Below are positions 1-9,373 of a stretch of DNA of 64,000 nucleotides, one piece after another. Where the stretch lies: positions 1 to 64,000 of the forward strand of contig JBGCDR010000156.1 in NCBI GenBank assembly GCA_045105515.1, in the 5' to 3' direction. Position 1 is the stretch's first letter. Every line of letters begins with the position of its first letter. Source of the stretch: Oligoflexales bacterium (GTDB taxonomy: Bacteria; Bdellovibrionota_B; Oligoflexia; Oligoflexales; Bog-1112). Made by a program: the position numbers and the translations under genes. Below the pieces are notes generated by a model. That model was not told the origin of the DNA, ran no database searches, and saw only the letters and a program-made list of their open reading frames with translations.

Positions 1-111
1 GTTGATATTTTTTAGTTTCATGCCCACAGATTTCCTGAATTCATATGTAAATTCAGCATAATACCTAATCTGTGCGAAAATTGATTTTTAATATGTCTTC
101 GGCTTGTATGA

Positions 112-318
112 CGAGTTTTTAGAGTTCAGTCAGTGCTCGCCGTTAGAATTATCCCCGGTACAGAAACTTTAATTGGTAGTGTAGAAATTAAAACAAAACA
201 GTCTACAAAAAGAGAAAATTCAATTTTTGGAAAAACTCCCCTCATTGGACCCTTTTTCCAAACTAAGGAAGAAGAAGATACCTATTCTAAATTATTACTA
301 TTTGTCCAAATAGATTAG
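112..318 (+). pseudogene. Remnant resembling the C-terminal end of a secretin-family protein
   Basis: Translation ...GTETLIGSVE...IFGKTPLIGPFFQTKEEE...KLLLFVQID resembles the secretin C-terminal pattern (GETLVLGG...LGDIPLLGxLF...ELLIFI). All three + frames have stops upstream (frame 1 TGA at 109-111). Confidence 0.4.
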
Positions 319-330
319 TGGGTAATTGAT

Positions 331-2748
331 TTATAATTTATAACTTAAACCAGCCTTATATAACCATCTCTGAAAGCTGTGTTGACTTAAATTTGAGTTC
401 TTAGACTCGGAATCTATTCCTACAAGTATATCAACAGTCGGCAACCATGACCAGATCAAGCTTGTACCATAACGAGTAAGAGTGTCAGAACGTTGAGTTT
501 CTTTGTTCAAATAAGATCTTCCTTCATATTCTATATGTGCCATTAGACTCCATCTCAATGAAATATGGTATTCCCCATCAATCAAAATTGAATAGCTGGA
601 AAAGGATTTATTTGAAGATTCCTGGTATCTATAATGATTATCATACAATGACAATGAAAGCTTAACTAACAACTTTCCAATTTCTTTCTTTCCACTAAGC
701 ATGAACCCCCGGCTACGATATCCTATATCGAGATTTTCATTATCTCCGAAGTTTATAGTATCTATTGGTTTCAATATACTTGGTTCAGGGTCTAAGTACA
801 TGATATCGACATAAGAAAAGGCCAGGTCTAAACCTAGACCAAACGACCCTAGTTTCCATTTCATTCCAACTTTATCGTGAGCTCTCAAGTTACTAATCAT
901 TTGCACTCCAGATAAAGGTTCCAAACCTAAGTACAGAAGTGGTTCGTTTTCTTGCTTGGAGTTAATCACTGAAAAAACTGTAGGAATACTTACGGTTTGA
1001 TCTAAATAGTTGCTTAAACCGAGATCTGGGTGTCCTGATAAATTTGCTTGTAGGAGGAGCTTGCTGGAATTATAATTGTCCTGGAATATCTTATATCCAA
1101 TGCTTAAAAAACCACTATATCCATCATACCAAGCAACACCAATGCCCGAATTATTTTTTGAACCTTGCGCGAGCTTCAAAGGGTTACTATCTCGCAAGTA
1201 AAAGATCTCAAATGTTCCAAAAAATTTGTTTGTTTGGTCAATGGCTACAAGAAAACTATTTGTAGATTCGTCAATTTCTTGATCTGGCCTTTCCCACAAG
1301 CTACGGGTAAAATACCAGGACGAGCTTGATAAAGACTCATTCATATAGTTGACAAATCCGCGATAATAATTCCAGAGCTTGGCATTTTCACTATTTTTCA
1401 CAGCAGTTTCATTGAAAAGGTCTTCAGCCTCTCCCCAGTTTTCTTGAAGAAGATTTAGGTGAGCTAACTCGTATTTTGCTTCATCTCGATCTGCATCTAT
1501 TTTTAAGGAAATTTCTAAGGCTAAACGCCCCTGCTCATGAAGAAAAAGTTCTTTACTAGCCTTGCCTAACAAATAAGCCAAAGAATAATTTTCATATATT
1601 TGTTTATTGAAAGGTAATAGTTGCTCTAAGACATTGAAGTGATCTCGATTTTTCAAAAATGAAGTAGCATTGCTTATTGCATCATCGAGATTCTCTGGAA
1701 CCTCATTATTAACACGTCCGAATGAGTCTGGACTCTTTTCTAAGGGTTCTTCAAAGTTAACTTCATAGTACGGTGTGGTATCTAAAAATGAGTCCTCAAA
1801 TTCAGCAGGTGTTACTGCAGATAATCTAAAGGATTTTCTCTCATTTAAAATACCTGTTAAGGATGATCCTTCTGTCACAAGTTGTTTATAAACTAATTTT
1901 TTAGTTCCTTCTTCACTTTGAACATCCTGATAATAAGAAATCTCTACACTTCCTTTAACAACAACAAGATCTAACCTATTATTGTCACTTCCATTCTGCT
2001 TATTTAATGTAAGAAGATAATCAGCTGGAATAGTTGCTTGTAACTGAATATCGTCTCCCACTTTGATGGTGGTATGGACTATCTTTTCATCTAATTGCCT
2101 ACACCTTAAAACACCCTTTTCCAATTTAAGAAGCTTCATTCTGCGACTACCATAAAAACTAATCTGGCTACCACCTGTTGCCAAAAATTCTTGGCTTCCT
2201 TCTTTACCAAAGAGTACAAGTGAAGATAAAGGTAAGACTAGTCTTTTGTTCCAATGCAACAACTGTTTGCGGGAACCTATCACATTAACTTCAGACAGCC
2301 CAAAAATATATCCTTCACCTTTGAGAGCTCTAATACTCTGCTGTGCATAAGAAAAATATCGAACCTTTCCCGTAGAACTTTCTAATTCTGGATTAAGTTC
2401 GATGGGATCTAAGTCAAAAGATCGTGGTAGTAGCTTAATCTTATAGGGGACTAAAGCTTCTCCAAAGCTATTGTATACTACAGCAAATACCTTATGTTCC
2501 CCAGCACCCCATCCAGAGGTATTGAGTTTACAATTTTTCTGAGTGCATATCAGGGTGCCACCTCTTCTTTCCCAGCGATAAGATAAATCAGGACCTTGAG
2601 CCTTTAATTCAAGGGAAATAATACTTCCTTCTGGGATAGTAAGATGATTCGTTGAAAATTCTATTACCTTTGGCAACTTTTCTTCTTGCCCAAAGGTAGC
2701 ATTGAATGGGGCTAAAAATACTAAAAGCAATAGAACAAACTTAAGCAA
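331..2748 (-). CDS. Secreted/outer-membrane protein: Ig-like N-terminus, FecR-like region, TPR repeats, C-terminal beta-barrel
   Basis: 805 aa with a signal peptide. GPDLSYRWERRG Ig-like motif, LxVVKGSVEI FecR-like motif, helical TPR-like middle, and alternating beta strands ending AGLSYKL. Confidence 0.65.
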   Translation of the reverse strand: MLKFVLLLLVFLAPFNATFGQEEKLPKVIEFSTNHLTIPEGSIISLELKAQGPDLSYRWERRGGTLICTQKNCKLNTSGWGAGEHKVFAVVYNSFGEALVPYKIKLLPRSFDLDPIELNPELESSTGKVRYFSYAQQSIRALKGEGYIFGLSEVNVIGSRKQLLHWNKRLVLPLSSLVLFGKEGSQEFLATGGSQISFYGSRRMKLLKLEKGVLRCRQLDEKIVHTTIKVGDDIQLQATIPADYLLTLNKQNGSDNNRLDLVVVKGSVEISYYQDVQSEEGTKKLVYKQLVTEGSSLTGILNERKSFRLSAVTPAEFEDSFLDTTPYYEVNFEEPLEKSPDSFGRVNNEVPENLDDAISNATSFLKNRDHFNVLEQLLPFNKQIYENYSLAYLLGKASKELFLHEQGRLALEISLKIDADRDEAKYELAHLNLLQENWGEAEDLFNETAVKNSENAKLWNYYRGFVNYMNESLSSSSWYFTRSLWERPDQEIDESTNSFLVAIDQTNKFFGTFEIFYLRDSNPLKLAQGSKNNSGIGVAWYDGYSGFLSIGYKIFQDNYNSSKLLLQANLSGHPDLGLSNYLDQTVSIPTVFSVINSKQENEPLLYLGLEPLSGVQMISNLRAHDKVGMKWKLGSFGLGLDLAFSYVDIMYLDPEPSILKPIDTINFGDNENLDIGYRSRGFMLSGKKEIGKLLVKLSLSLYDNHYRYQESSNKSFSSYSILIDGEYHISLRWSLMAHIEYEGRSYLNKETQRSDTLTRYGTSLIWSWLPTVDILVGIDSESKNSNLSQHSFQRWLYKAGLSYKL

Positions 2749-2795
2749 ATTTTGCTCCCAGCATTAATAAGGAGACACCTTGAGGAGTGTAGTAC

Positions 2796-2822
2796 TTTTC
2801 GGTGAATTATCCAAAATCTAAA
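2796..2822 (-). promoter_or_regulatory. Candidate sigma28 (FliA) promoter
   Basis: TTTAG-N14-ACCGAAAA about 48 nt upstream of the 805-aa ORF; consensus is TAAAG-N14-GCCGATAA. Confidence 0.4.
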
Positions 2823-2829
2823 GATAAGT

Positions 2830-3327
2830 CTATAATCGGATGGAGTATTTTTCGGCTAAATGCTCAAAAACTAAAGGTGGAACAAGAGTAGAAATATTTC
2901 CCCCAAGCGATGCTACTTCTTTTACTAACGATGAGGATATGTGGCTAAGGGACTGTCTAGTTGGAATGAATATAGTCTCGATACTTTCACTAAGGACTTG
3001 GTTCATCATTGCCATTTGCATTTCATAAACAAAATCGGCTTCTGTTCTTAAACCCCGAACCATGATTTTGGCATTATGAGAAAGAGCAAAATCGCATGCT
3101 AAACCTCTAAAATCAAAAACCTTAACATTCCTTAACGGATCGCAAACTCCTTTGGCCATCTGCAGACGCTCATCGAGGGAAAAACAAGGATTCTTTGCTT
3201 TATTAACACCAACACCAACAATGAGCAAATCGAATATACTACTTGCTCTAGTTATTACATCGAAATGTCCCATAGTCAGTGGATCAAAAGTTCCTAAATA
3301 TACTGCAACTCTTGCCTTCTTCGACAT
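2830..3327 (-). CDS. coaD: Phosphopantetheine adenylyltransferase
   Basis: YLGTFDPLTMGH, VRGLRxxxDFxYE and ISSSLVKEVA motifs; follows rsmD. Confidence 0.97.
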   Translation of the reverse strand: MSKKARVAVYLGTFDPLTMGHFDVITRASSIFDLLIVGVGVNKAKNPCFSLDERLQMAKGVCDPLRNVKVFDFRGLACDFALSHNAKIMVRGLRTEADFVYEMQMAMMNQVLSESIETIFIPTRQSLSHISSSLVKEVASLGGNISTLVPPLVFEHLAEKYSIRL

Positions 3328-3342
3328 ATTAAACCCCTTGAT

Positions 3343-3933
3343 TTATAAGCGCTGCCAAATTCCTATGTATGTATCTCCATATCGTCGCTCTTTTGTTCTC
3401 TCCCAGGTTTTTGACTGCTCCCCACAAAACTTAATATCGTCTTTTAAATCCCAGGCAGCTTCTAAGCAAAAAACAGCGCCTTGAGCCGAGATTTTATTAA
3501 CCATGTCTGTTTCCAAGCTATTTATCCATTTGACGCAATTGGCATAAGGGGGGTCCGCCCAAATCATTTTTGCAGGCCACTTACAAAGTTTATGAATTAC
3601 TTTTTCAACTGGCAAGGAAAAGATAAGGGCATCATCCCATTCTATTCCTTGTTTACTAAGCCTTCTTTCCATCTCGCTCACATTATTTTTAAGAGCTTTT
3701 AATGCATTTTTATCACTTTCAACAAACACACTACGCCCTACTCCCCGACTCATTGCTTCAATACCCATGGCACCTGAACCAGCAAAAAAGTCGATAAAAG
3801 TTATGTTTTCTTCCAAGAGTGGGGTCAATATACTCATAACAGCCTCTCTGACCCTAGCAGAAGTTGGCCTAGTAATCTGACCGCTTGGAGCCTGCAGTGG
3901 CATACCTCGACATGACCCCGATATGATTTTCAT
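3343..3933 (-). CDS. rsmD: 16S rRNA m2G966 methyltransferase
   Basis: MKIISG...TRPTSARVREA, DFFAGSGAMGIEAMSRG and ADPPY motifs. Start moved to ATG 3933, which follows an AAGGAG SD. Confidence 0.95.
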   Translation of the reverse strand: MKIISGSCRGMPLQAPSGQITRPTSARVREAVMSILTPLLEENITFIDFFAGSGAMGIEAMSRGVGRSVFVESDKNALKALKNNVSEMERRLSKQGIEWDDALIFSLPVEKVIHKLCKWPAKMIWADPPYANCVKWINSLETDMVNKISAQGAVFCLEAAWDLKDDIKFCGEQSKTWERTKERRYGDTYIGIWQRL

Positions 3934-4058
3934 GATTACTCCTTTTACTTTTCCCTGTATGCAGGTACAACTGGCATCTCGCTGCAAATTTCAGCACCTA
4001 TTGAATCAAGCTGTTTCGCTAGAAATACTAAAACCACCTAATTGGGGAAAAGAGACCC

Positions 4059-5987
4059 ATGAATATTAGACAAGTAATAGCATCAAAGGAACTATATGGC
4101 ATTGAAGAATGGGGTGCCGGCTACTTTTCCATAGATAAATCAGGAAACGTTATCTGTACCCCTCTTGCCGATCAACAGGGATCCATTTCCATACCAGATG
4201 TAATAGAAAAAGCGAAAGCAAAAGGGGTACCAACCCCAATGATTATACGCTTCCCTCAAATTATCAAAGGTCAACTTGATAAAATGCATAACTCCTTTTG
4301 TCAGGCTATCAAGGAGTTTCAATATGAAGGTGAGCATTTCGGTGTTTTTCCATTTAAAGTAAATCAGCGCCGCGAATTCATTGACGCTATTGTATCTTGT
4401 GGTAAAGACATGAACTGGGGCCTTGAAGTCGGAAGTAAAGCAGAATTCATGGCTGCAATTAGCTATCCAATGACCTCCAACTCACTTTTAATATGCAATG
4501 GCTTCAAAGACAGAGATTTTATAGATCTAGCTTTTTCTTCATGCAATTTAGGTAAAAATGTTGTTCTTGTGGTTGAAGGTCCTGATGAACTTCAGCACAT
4601 TATCCACCATATGGAAAAGTACAAGCCTAAAAATTTTCCTAGAATTGGTCTAAGAGTGAGGCTTTATAGCCGCGGATCAGGTAAATGGGAAAAGTCCTCG
4701 GGCGAAACTTCAAAATTTGGTCTTACTACCATTGAACTGATGCATGTACTTACTATGATAGAAGAGGCTGGCCTGCAAGAACACCTTTCCATGCTACATT
4801 TTCATATTGGATCACAGATAACCGCAATAAAACGCTTTAAAAATGCTCTTCGAGAAGCCGCTCGTGTCTACGCAAAAATTAAGAAGCTCGGCTTCACTCC
4901 CAGCCACCTCAACATCGGTGGTGGAGTGGGGGTAGATTATGATGGAAGTCATACCACTGCTCAATCAAGTGCTAATTACAGTCTCCAAGAATTCGCTAAT
5001 GACGCAGTTTATGTAATTGGAGAAGTTTGTAAAAATGAAGATGTAAGTTGCCCAAATATCATAACGGAGTCAGGAAGAGTTATCGCAGCTTACCACTCTA
5101 TTGTGATTACCGATATCAGAGAGGTTCAAGGAGAAGAAAGCCTTAATGCGATAGAAGGCTTCAACTACCAAATCTCTGAAACCGAACATAAGAGTCTCAT
5201 TGAGCTTGAATATATTCTAGAAAATATGACAAGCAAAAATTATGCAGAATACTATCATGATGCGGTCGAATATCATGAAGATTTATTTACACTTTTCAAT
5301 CTTGGGTATGTCTCATTAAAGGAAAGAGCTATAGCGGAGGAACTTTTTCATAGAATTTGTATGAAAGCTTTACACCATTCCTCCTTTCAAAGTCATGTTC
5401 CCGATGAATTTGAGTCTTTACAACGGTTAAAGGTATCAAAATATCTGGCAAATTTTTCTATGTTTCAATCAATTCCAGACGCTTGGTCAATAGATCAACT
5501 TTTTCCTGTAATTCCCCTTTCGAGACATGATGAAAAACCATCGCATAAAGCTACCATCGTTGATATTACATGTGACTCAGATGGATGCTTAGATCGATTT
5601 GTGGACCGTAAATCTGATAAGTCTAGCCTTGAATTACACAAACCAAATGGTAAACCATACCACCTAGGATTTTTTCTCGTAGGTGCTTATCAAGAGAGCC
5701 TCGCAAACGAGCATAACTTATTTGGAGCTATCCATGAGGTAGAAGTCACTCTAAATGATGACAATAGTTGGGAAATCAAGAAAACCACTCATGGCGACCC
5801 GATTGTTGAGCTACTCATTTGCCGGAACTACGACCAAGAAGAGATTCTGTCAAGTTATGCTATGCAACTAGAAAAATCTAGTATTGAGGGGCTAATATCA
5901 GAAGTGGAAAAATCCACTACAATGGAAAAACTAAGGATTTTTCTCAATGACTATCCCTATTTAAAAGAGCCTACCCAAATTCCGTAA
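4059..5987 (+). CDS. speA: Biosynthetic arginine decarboxylase
   Basis: WGAGYF, FPFKVNQ (PLP Lys), GLEVGSKAE, HFHIGSQ, DITCDSDG and GAYQE motifs; 642 aa. Confidence 0.96.
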   Translation: MNIRQVIASKELYGIEEWGAGYFSIDKSGNVICTPLADQQGSISIPDVIEKAKAKGVPTPMIIRFPQIIKGQLDKMHNSFCQAIKEFQYEGEHFGVFPFKVNQRREFIDAIVSCGKDMNWGLEVGSKAEFMAAISYPMTSNSLLICNGFKDRDFIDLAFSSCNLGKNVVLVVEGPDELQHIIHHMEKYKPKNFPRIGLRVRLYSRGSGKWEKSSGETSKFGLTTIELMHVLTMIEEAGLQEHLSMLHFHIGSQITAIKRFKNALREAARVYAKIKKLGFTPSHLNIGGGVGVDYDGSHTTAQSSANYSLQEFANDAVYVIGEVCKNEDVSCPNIITESGRVIAAYHSIVITDIREVQGEESLNAIEGFNYQISETEHKSLIELEYILENMTSKNYAEYYHDAVEYHEDLFTLFNLGYVSLKERAIAEELFHRICMKALHHSSFQSHVPDEFESLQRLKVSKYLANFSMFQSIPDAWSIDQLFPVIPLSRHDEKPSHKATIVDITCDSDGCLDRFVDRKSDKSSLELHKPNGKPYHLGFFLVGAYQESLANEHNLFGAIHEVEVTLNDDNSWEIKKTTHGDPIVELLICRNYDQEEILSSYAMQLEKSSIEGLISEVEKSTTMEKLRIFLNDYPYLKEPTQIP

Positions 5988-6056
5988 TAAGCTACTCCTT
6001 CCTCTCATCATTACAAGCACTTAGTATAATCCTATTGTGCAGGCTAAATCTGCCAC

Positions 6057-6083
6057 TTAAGCATTGTTTTTTTGAACCGATGG
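6057..6083 (+). promoter_or_regulatory. Candidate sigma28 (FliA) promoter
   Basis: TTAAG-N14-ACCGATGG about 48 nt upstream of ATG 6132. Confidence 0.5.
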
Positions 6084-6131
6084 GTAAAATGGAAAAGCAA
6101 ATTTGAAGAATAATTAGGGTATTGTCAAAAA

Positions 6132-6611
6132 ATGGACCTTACTTATCGCATCGAAATTGATCAAGATCATGATATCATTAGTTTTAATGGTCATATCAAT
6201 GAAGATGCTGAAATTGCACTTGCTGGATTAAAAGACCAAATTAATCGCAATTGTGTTTTTAATTTGAAGGAAATAAAGTCCATAAATAGTTGTGGCGTAA
6301 GAGCCTGGATCAACTTCATTAGGGAAGCCGACAAAAATAGAACAATCATTTTTGAAGAATGCCCCCCAGAGGTAGTAAGTCAAATCAATATGATTCCAAA
6401 TTTTAAGGGTAATTCAAAAATTAAATCAGTCTACTCAAGTTATATTTGCGAAAGTTGTGATTTTCAAAAATTGGAGTTATTCCAGGAAGGCAATAACCTC
6501 CCAAAAAGTACTGATGAAAAATTACCTATAGTTCATTGCCCTAAATGCAATGATGTTATGGAAATGGAAGAACTAGAAGAAGAATTTTTTGGTTGGCTAG
6601 ATTCCGATTAG
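6132..6611 (+). CDS. STAS-like (anti-sigma antagonist fold) protein with C-terminal Zn-ribbon
   Basis: FNGHINED...FNLKEIKSINSCGVRAW STAS-like core, then CESC and CPKC Cys pairs. Confidence 0.75.
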   Translation: MDLTYRIEIDQDHDIISFNGHINEDAEIALAGLKDQINRNCVFNLKEIKSINSCGVRAWINFIREADKNRTIIFEECPPEVVSQINMIPNFKGNSKIKSVYSSYICESCDFQKLELFQEGNNLPKSTDEKLPIVHCPKCNDVMEMEELEEEFFGWLDSD

Positions 6612-6615
6612 CACT

Positions 6616-7602
6616 TTGCGAATGGAATATTATCAGCTAATAATGGGAAAAACTGTGACAGTAAGAAGTATTAAAACTCAATCTGTTAGCGTTAAAGAAG
6701 CTTTCGAAAAATATGAACACTTCTGCAAAGCAATGCTAGATGCGTACGTAGTAGTGAATAAAGATGGTAAGGTTATCAAATGCAATCAACTTTTTTCCAC
6801 CTTGGTGGGGAAAAAATCACGACAAATCCTTAAAGAAAGCTCCTTCGATGATCTATTAACTTTAATGATTGCTGGTCAGAAGATTTCTATCGAAGAGATA
6901 CTTAGACAGAAAACACCTACTCGCATTGATGAGGTCAGAGGCAGTGCAGAGGGTAGTCCCGAACTAAATCTAATCCTGGGTATCTATCCATTTGTAGAAG
7001 CAAATAATATCATCGGTTCATTTATTTTGATCAGAGATGTTACTGCTGAAACAAACCTTCAAGATAAATATAAAGTTAAGGCGACTCAGTCTATAACTGA
7101 CAAACTGACCGGTTTATATAACCGCACTTATTTTGAACACTACCTAGCTACAACCTTGAATTCTCTTGCAAAAAAAGGTGAAAGTCATAAGATATCCGTT
7201 ATCATGGCAGATATCGATCACTTCAAAGCCGTCAATGACACCCATGGTCACCAAGCAGGTGACTTTATCCTAGAAATAGTAGCCCAAATTTTTAGGGAAA
7301 ATTTTCGCAAAACAGATATTCTTTGTCGCTATGGTGGTGAGGAGTTCTTAGCGATTTTACCTTCGACGGATTTAAGAGGCGCCTCGATGGCAGCAGAAAA
7401 GCTTAGGGAAGCTGTTGAAACTTATAGCTACGTTTTCAATAAATCACAAATACCAGTAACCATAAGCCTAGGATTAGCTGAAGTCGATATTGCAACCGAC
7501 TCTGGAGAAACTGCCATTGCTAGAGCAGATGCCGCACTTTACCATGCTAAGAAAAATGGACGTAATCGTGTGAGCACTCATAAAGGTAATAAAATTGAGT
7601 AA
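6616..7602 (+). CDS. PAS-GGDEF diguanylate cyclase
   Basis: N-terminal PAS (DAYVVVNKDGKVIKCN...RDVT), DKLTGLYNR, DIDHFKAVND, RKTD I-site and GGEEF active site. The true start may be ATG 6643. Confidence 0.93.
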   Translation: MRMEYYQLIMGKTVTVRSIKTQSVSVKEAFEKYEHFCKAMLDAYVVVNKDGKVIKCNQLFSTLVGKKSRQILKESSFDDLLTLMIAGQKISIEEILRQKTPTRIDEVRGSAEGSPELNLILGIYPFVEANNIIGSFILIRDVTAETNLQDKYKVKATQSITDKLTGLYNRTYFEHYLATTLNSLAKKGESHKISVIMADIDHFKAVNDTHGHQAGDFILEIVAQIFRENFRKTDILCRYGGEEFLAILPSTDLRGASMAAEKLREAVETYSYVFNKSQIPVTISLGLAEVDIATDSGETAIARADAALYHAKKNGRNRVSTHKGNKIE

Positions 7603-7625
7603 AATTTTTCTCTTTACGATCTAGA

Positions 7626-8525
7626 TCAGTTAGTTACGTAATTTCGCTTAAGACAATCACCAATTAACTCAACAAAATTCACGGTATGAAACTGAAATTT
7701 TTTTTCAGATGACTGTATCAATCCAATCTCATAAGGTATTTTTAGCACTTTCTCATCTTTTGCTACCAAATTTTCCGAGAGGTTTTCCGCTAAAAAATCC
7801 GGTAAAAAACCAAGTCCCATATTACCCTGATCTACAAACTTTATAACCATTTCCCAGGAAGGAAGCACAGCATTGATTAACAAATCTCGTTCAAAAGATT
7901 CGTGGTACAATTTTTTCAATTTGCGAGTTTCAATTGAATTAGAATCCGCTACCAATACTCCATTTTCATGATTATTTTTTTGGGCATTGGTACTAGTGTA
8001 AAGTTTATAGTACCCATCCGCCAATGTAGTATACTCAACATCAGGGAAAGGAACATTGTTAACCACTACAGCGAAGTCTAACTTTTTTTGCTTAACCCAC
8101 TCTTTTAGCTGTAAAGATTCACCAAAATGAATATCCAACGCTAACTTAGGGAAAAGGGTATTCGCACTTCGATATATTCCAGGTAAATATACCAGTCCTA
8201 TGCTGTGACTCATACCGAAGTACACCTTGCCTATTACTTCCTCTACCTCTGTTTTTATTTTATGCTGCAGGTTAAACAGGGATTGCATAATGTCTTTGGC
8301 TTCATTAAAAACCTTTTCACCCTTTTCTGTCAGGGCAAAACGACTTTTCCGATGCTGGAGTAGCTGACATTTTAGAGCTGATTCGAGGTTTTTGATCCCT
8401 TGACTTATTGCCGATTGACTCACATAGTTTTTTTTCGCGGCTTTGCTCACGCTTCCCAGGCAAGCTGCATCAAAAAAAAATTTTAAATGATTTACATTAA
8501 AGGGAATATAATTTTCCACCAACAC
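7626..8525 (-). CDS. LysR-family transcriptional regulator
   Basis: HTH GSVSKAAKKNYVSQSAISQGIKNLE...LTEKGE; 299 aa. Confidence 0.93.
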   Translation of the reverse strand: MLVENYIPFNVNHLKFFFDAACLGSVSKAAKKNYVSQSAISQGIKNLESALKCQLLQHRKSRFALTEKGEKVFNEAKDIMQSLFNLQHKIKTEVEEVIGKVYFGMSHSIGLVYLPGIYRSANTLFPKLALDIHFGESLQLKEWVKQKKLDFAVVVNNVPFPDVEYTTLADGYYKLYTSTNAQKNNHENGVLVADSNSIETRKLKKLYHESFERDLLINAVLPSWEMVIKFVDQGNMGLGFLPDFLAENLSENLVAKDEKVLKIPYEIGLIQSSEKKFQFHTVNFVELIGDCLKRNYVTN

Positions 8526-9141
8526 CCTTTCACACTCTCACCACTTCGATCATCGATGACTACCTGCGCGAAAACGCCAAGTCTAACTATAGGAATGCTT
8601 AGTTATTTGGAATTTTAAAGATGAATTTTCCTCTAAGACCATCTTTAGATCCAATCAATTCTTCAATTTAGTTTTAAGTTCAGACTCCTTAATCTCTGTA
8701 TTGACAAACTGACCAGATAAATGATTATTTAATAATTTTTTAGTTGTCAACACAATTCAACTTGCAACCCCAACAAAATATATGGTTTTTTTGTCTCTCA
8801 AAGACTGCTCAGTAACCAAGCTCTTGCAGAATTTCAAAACTCTACTAATTTTTGCAAAATTAATACTACTTAGAGCAAGATCAAATTGTCTGTAAAAAAA
8901 TTATAAGCCTGCTACAAAATCCCAATAAGCTTAATGCTTTTCAATTATTTTGTATATGTTCTTGAAGGAGAATTACCCATTTTTCGTAAACGTTCAAGAA
9001 TGAATAAACTTATTGAGCTTAAAAATTGAGACACATACTTATAGTAATCTTGGAGATGATTTAGCAGATGCATGCTTTACTATGATAAGATATAGGTGGT
9101 GAATACTACTAATTAAGGAATTTATTACTGGTAGGAAGTCT

Positions 9142-9217
9142 TGGTGGAGGTAAGGAGAGTCGAACTCCTGACCTTTGGAATGCAAATCCAACGCTCTACC
9201 AACTGAGCTATACCCCC
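9142..9217 (-). tRNA. tRNA-Ala (UGC)
   Basis: GGGGGTATAGCTCAGTTGGTAGAGCG-TTGGA-TTTGCAT-TCCAA-AGGTC-AGGAGTTCGACTCTCCT-TACCTCCACCA; anticodon TGC, G3:U70 Ala determinant, encoded CCA. Confidence 0.97.
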
Positions 9218-9373
9218 GTCCGAGTTCAGAAGAACTTTGCTACAGCTAGAGACAAAAAGCAAGACTTGATTAGCAATATTTTAAAAAACTCAACGGCGGT
9301 AAACCCTTAGTCTTTACAATCCTCTCTGAAGATCTGCTAGAGAGACTTACCTTTAAATGAGAAAGGAGCCAAT

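Noticed and set aside
9142..9217. Reading this tRNA as Cys (GCA)
   Set aside because: The 7-nt loop TTTGCAT centres on TGC, and the G3:U70 pair marks Ala.
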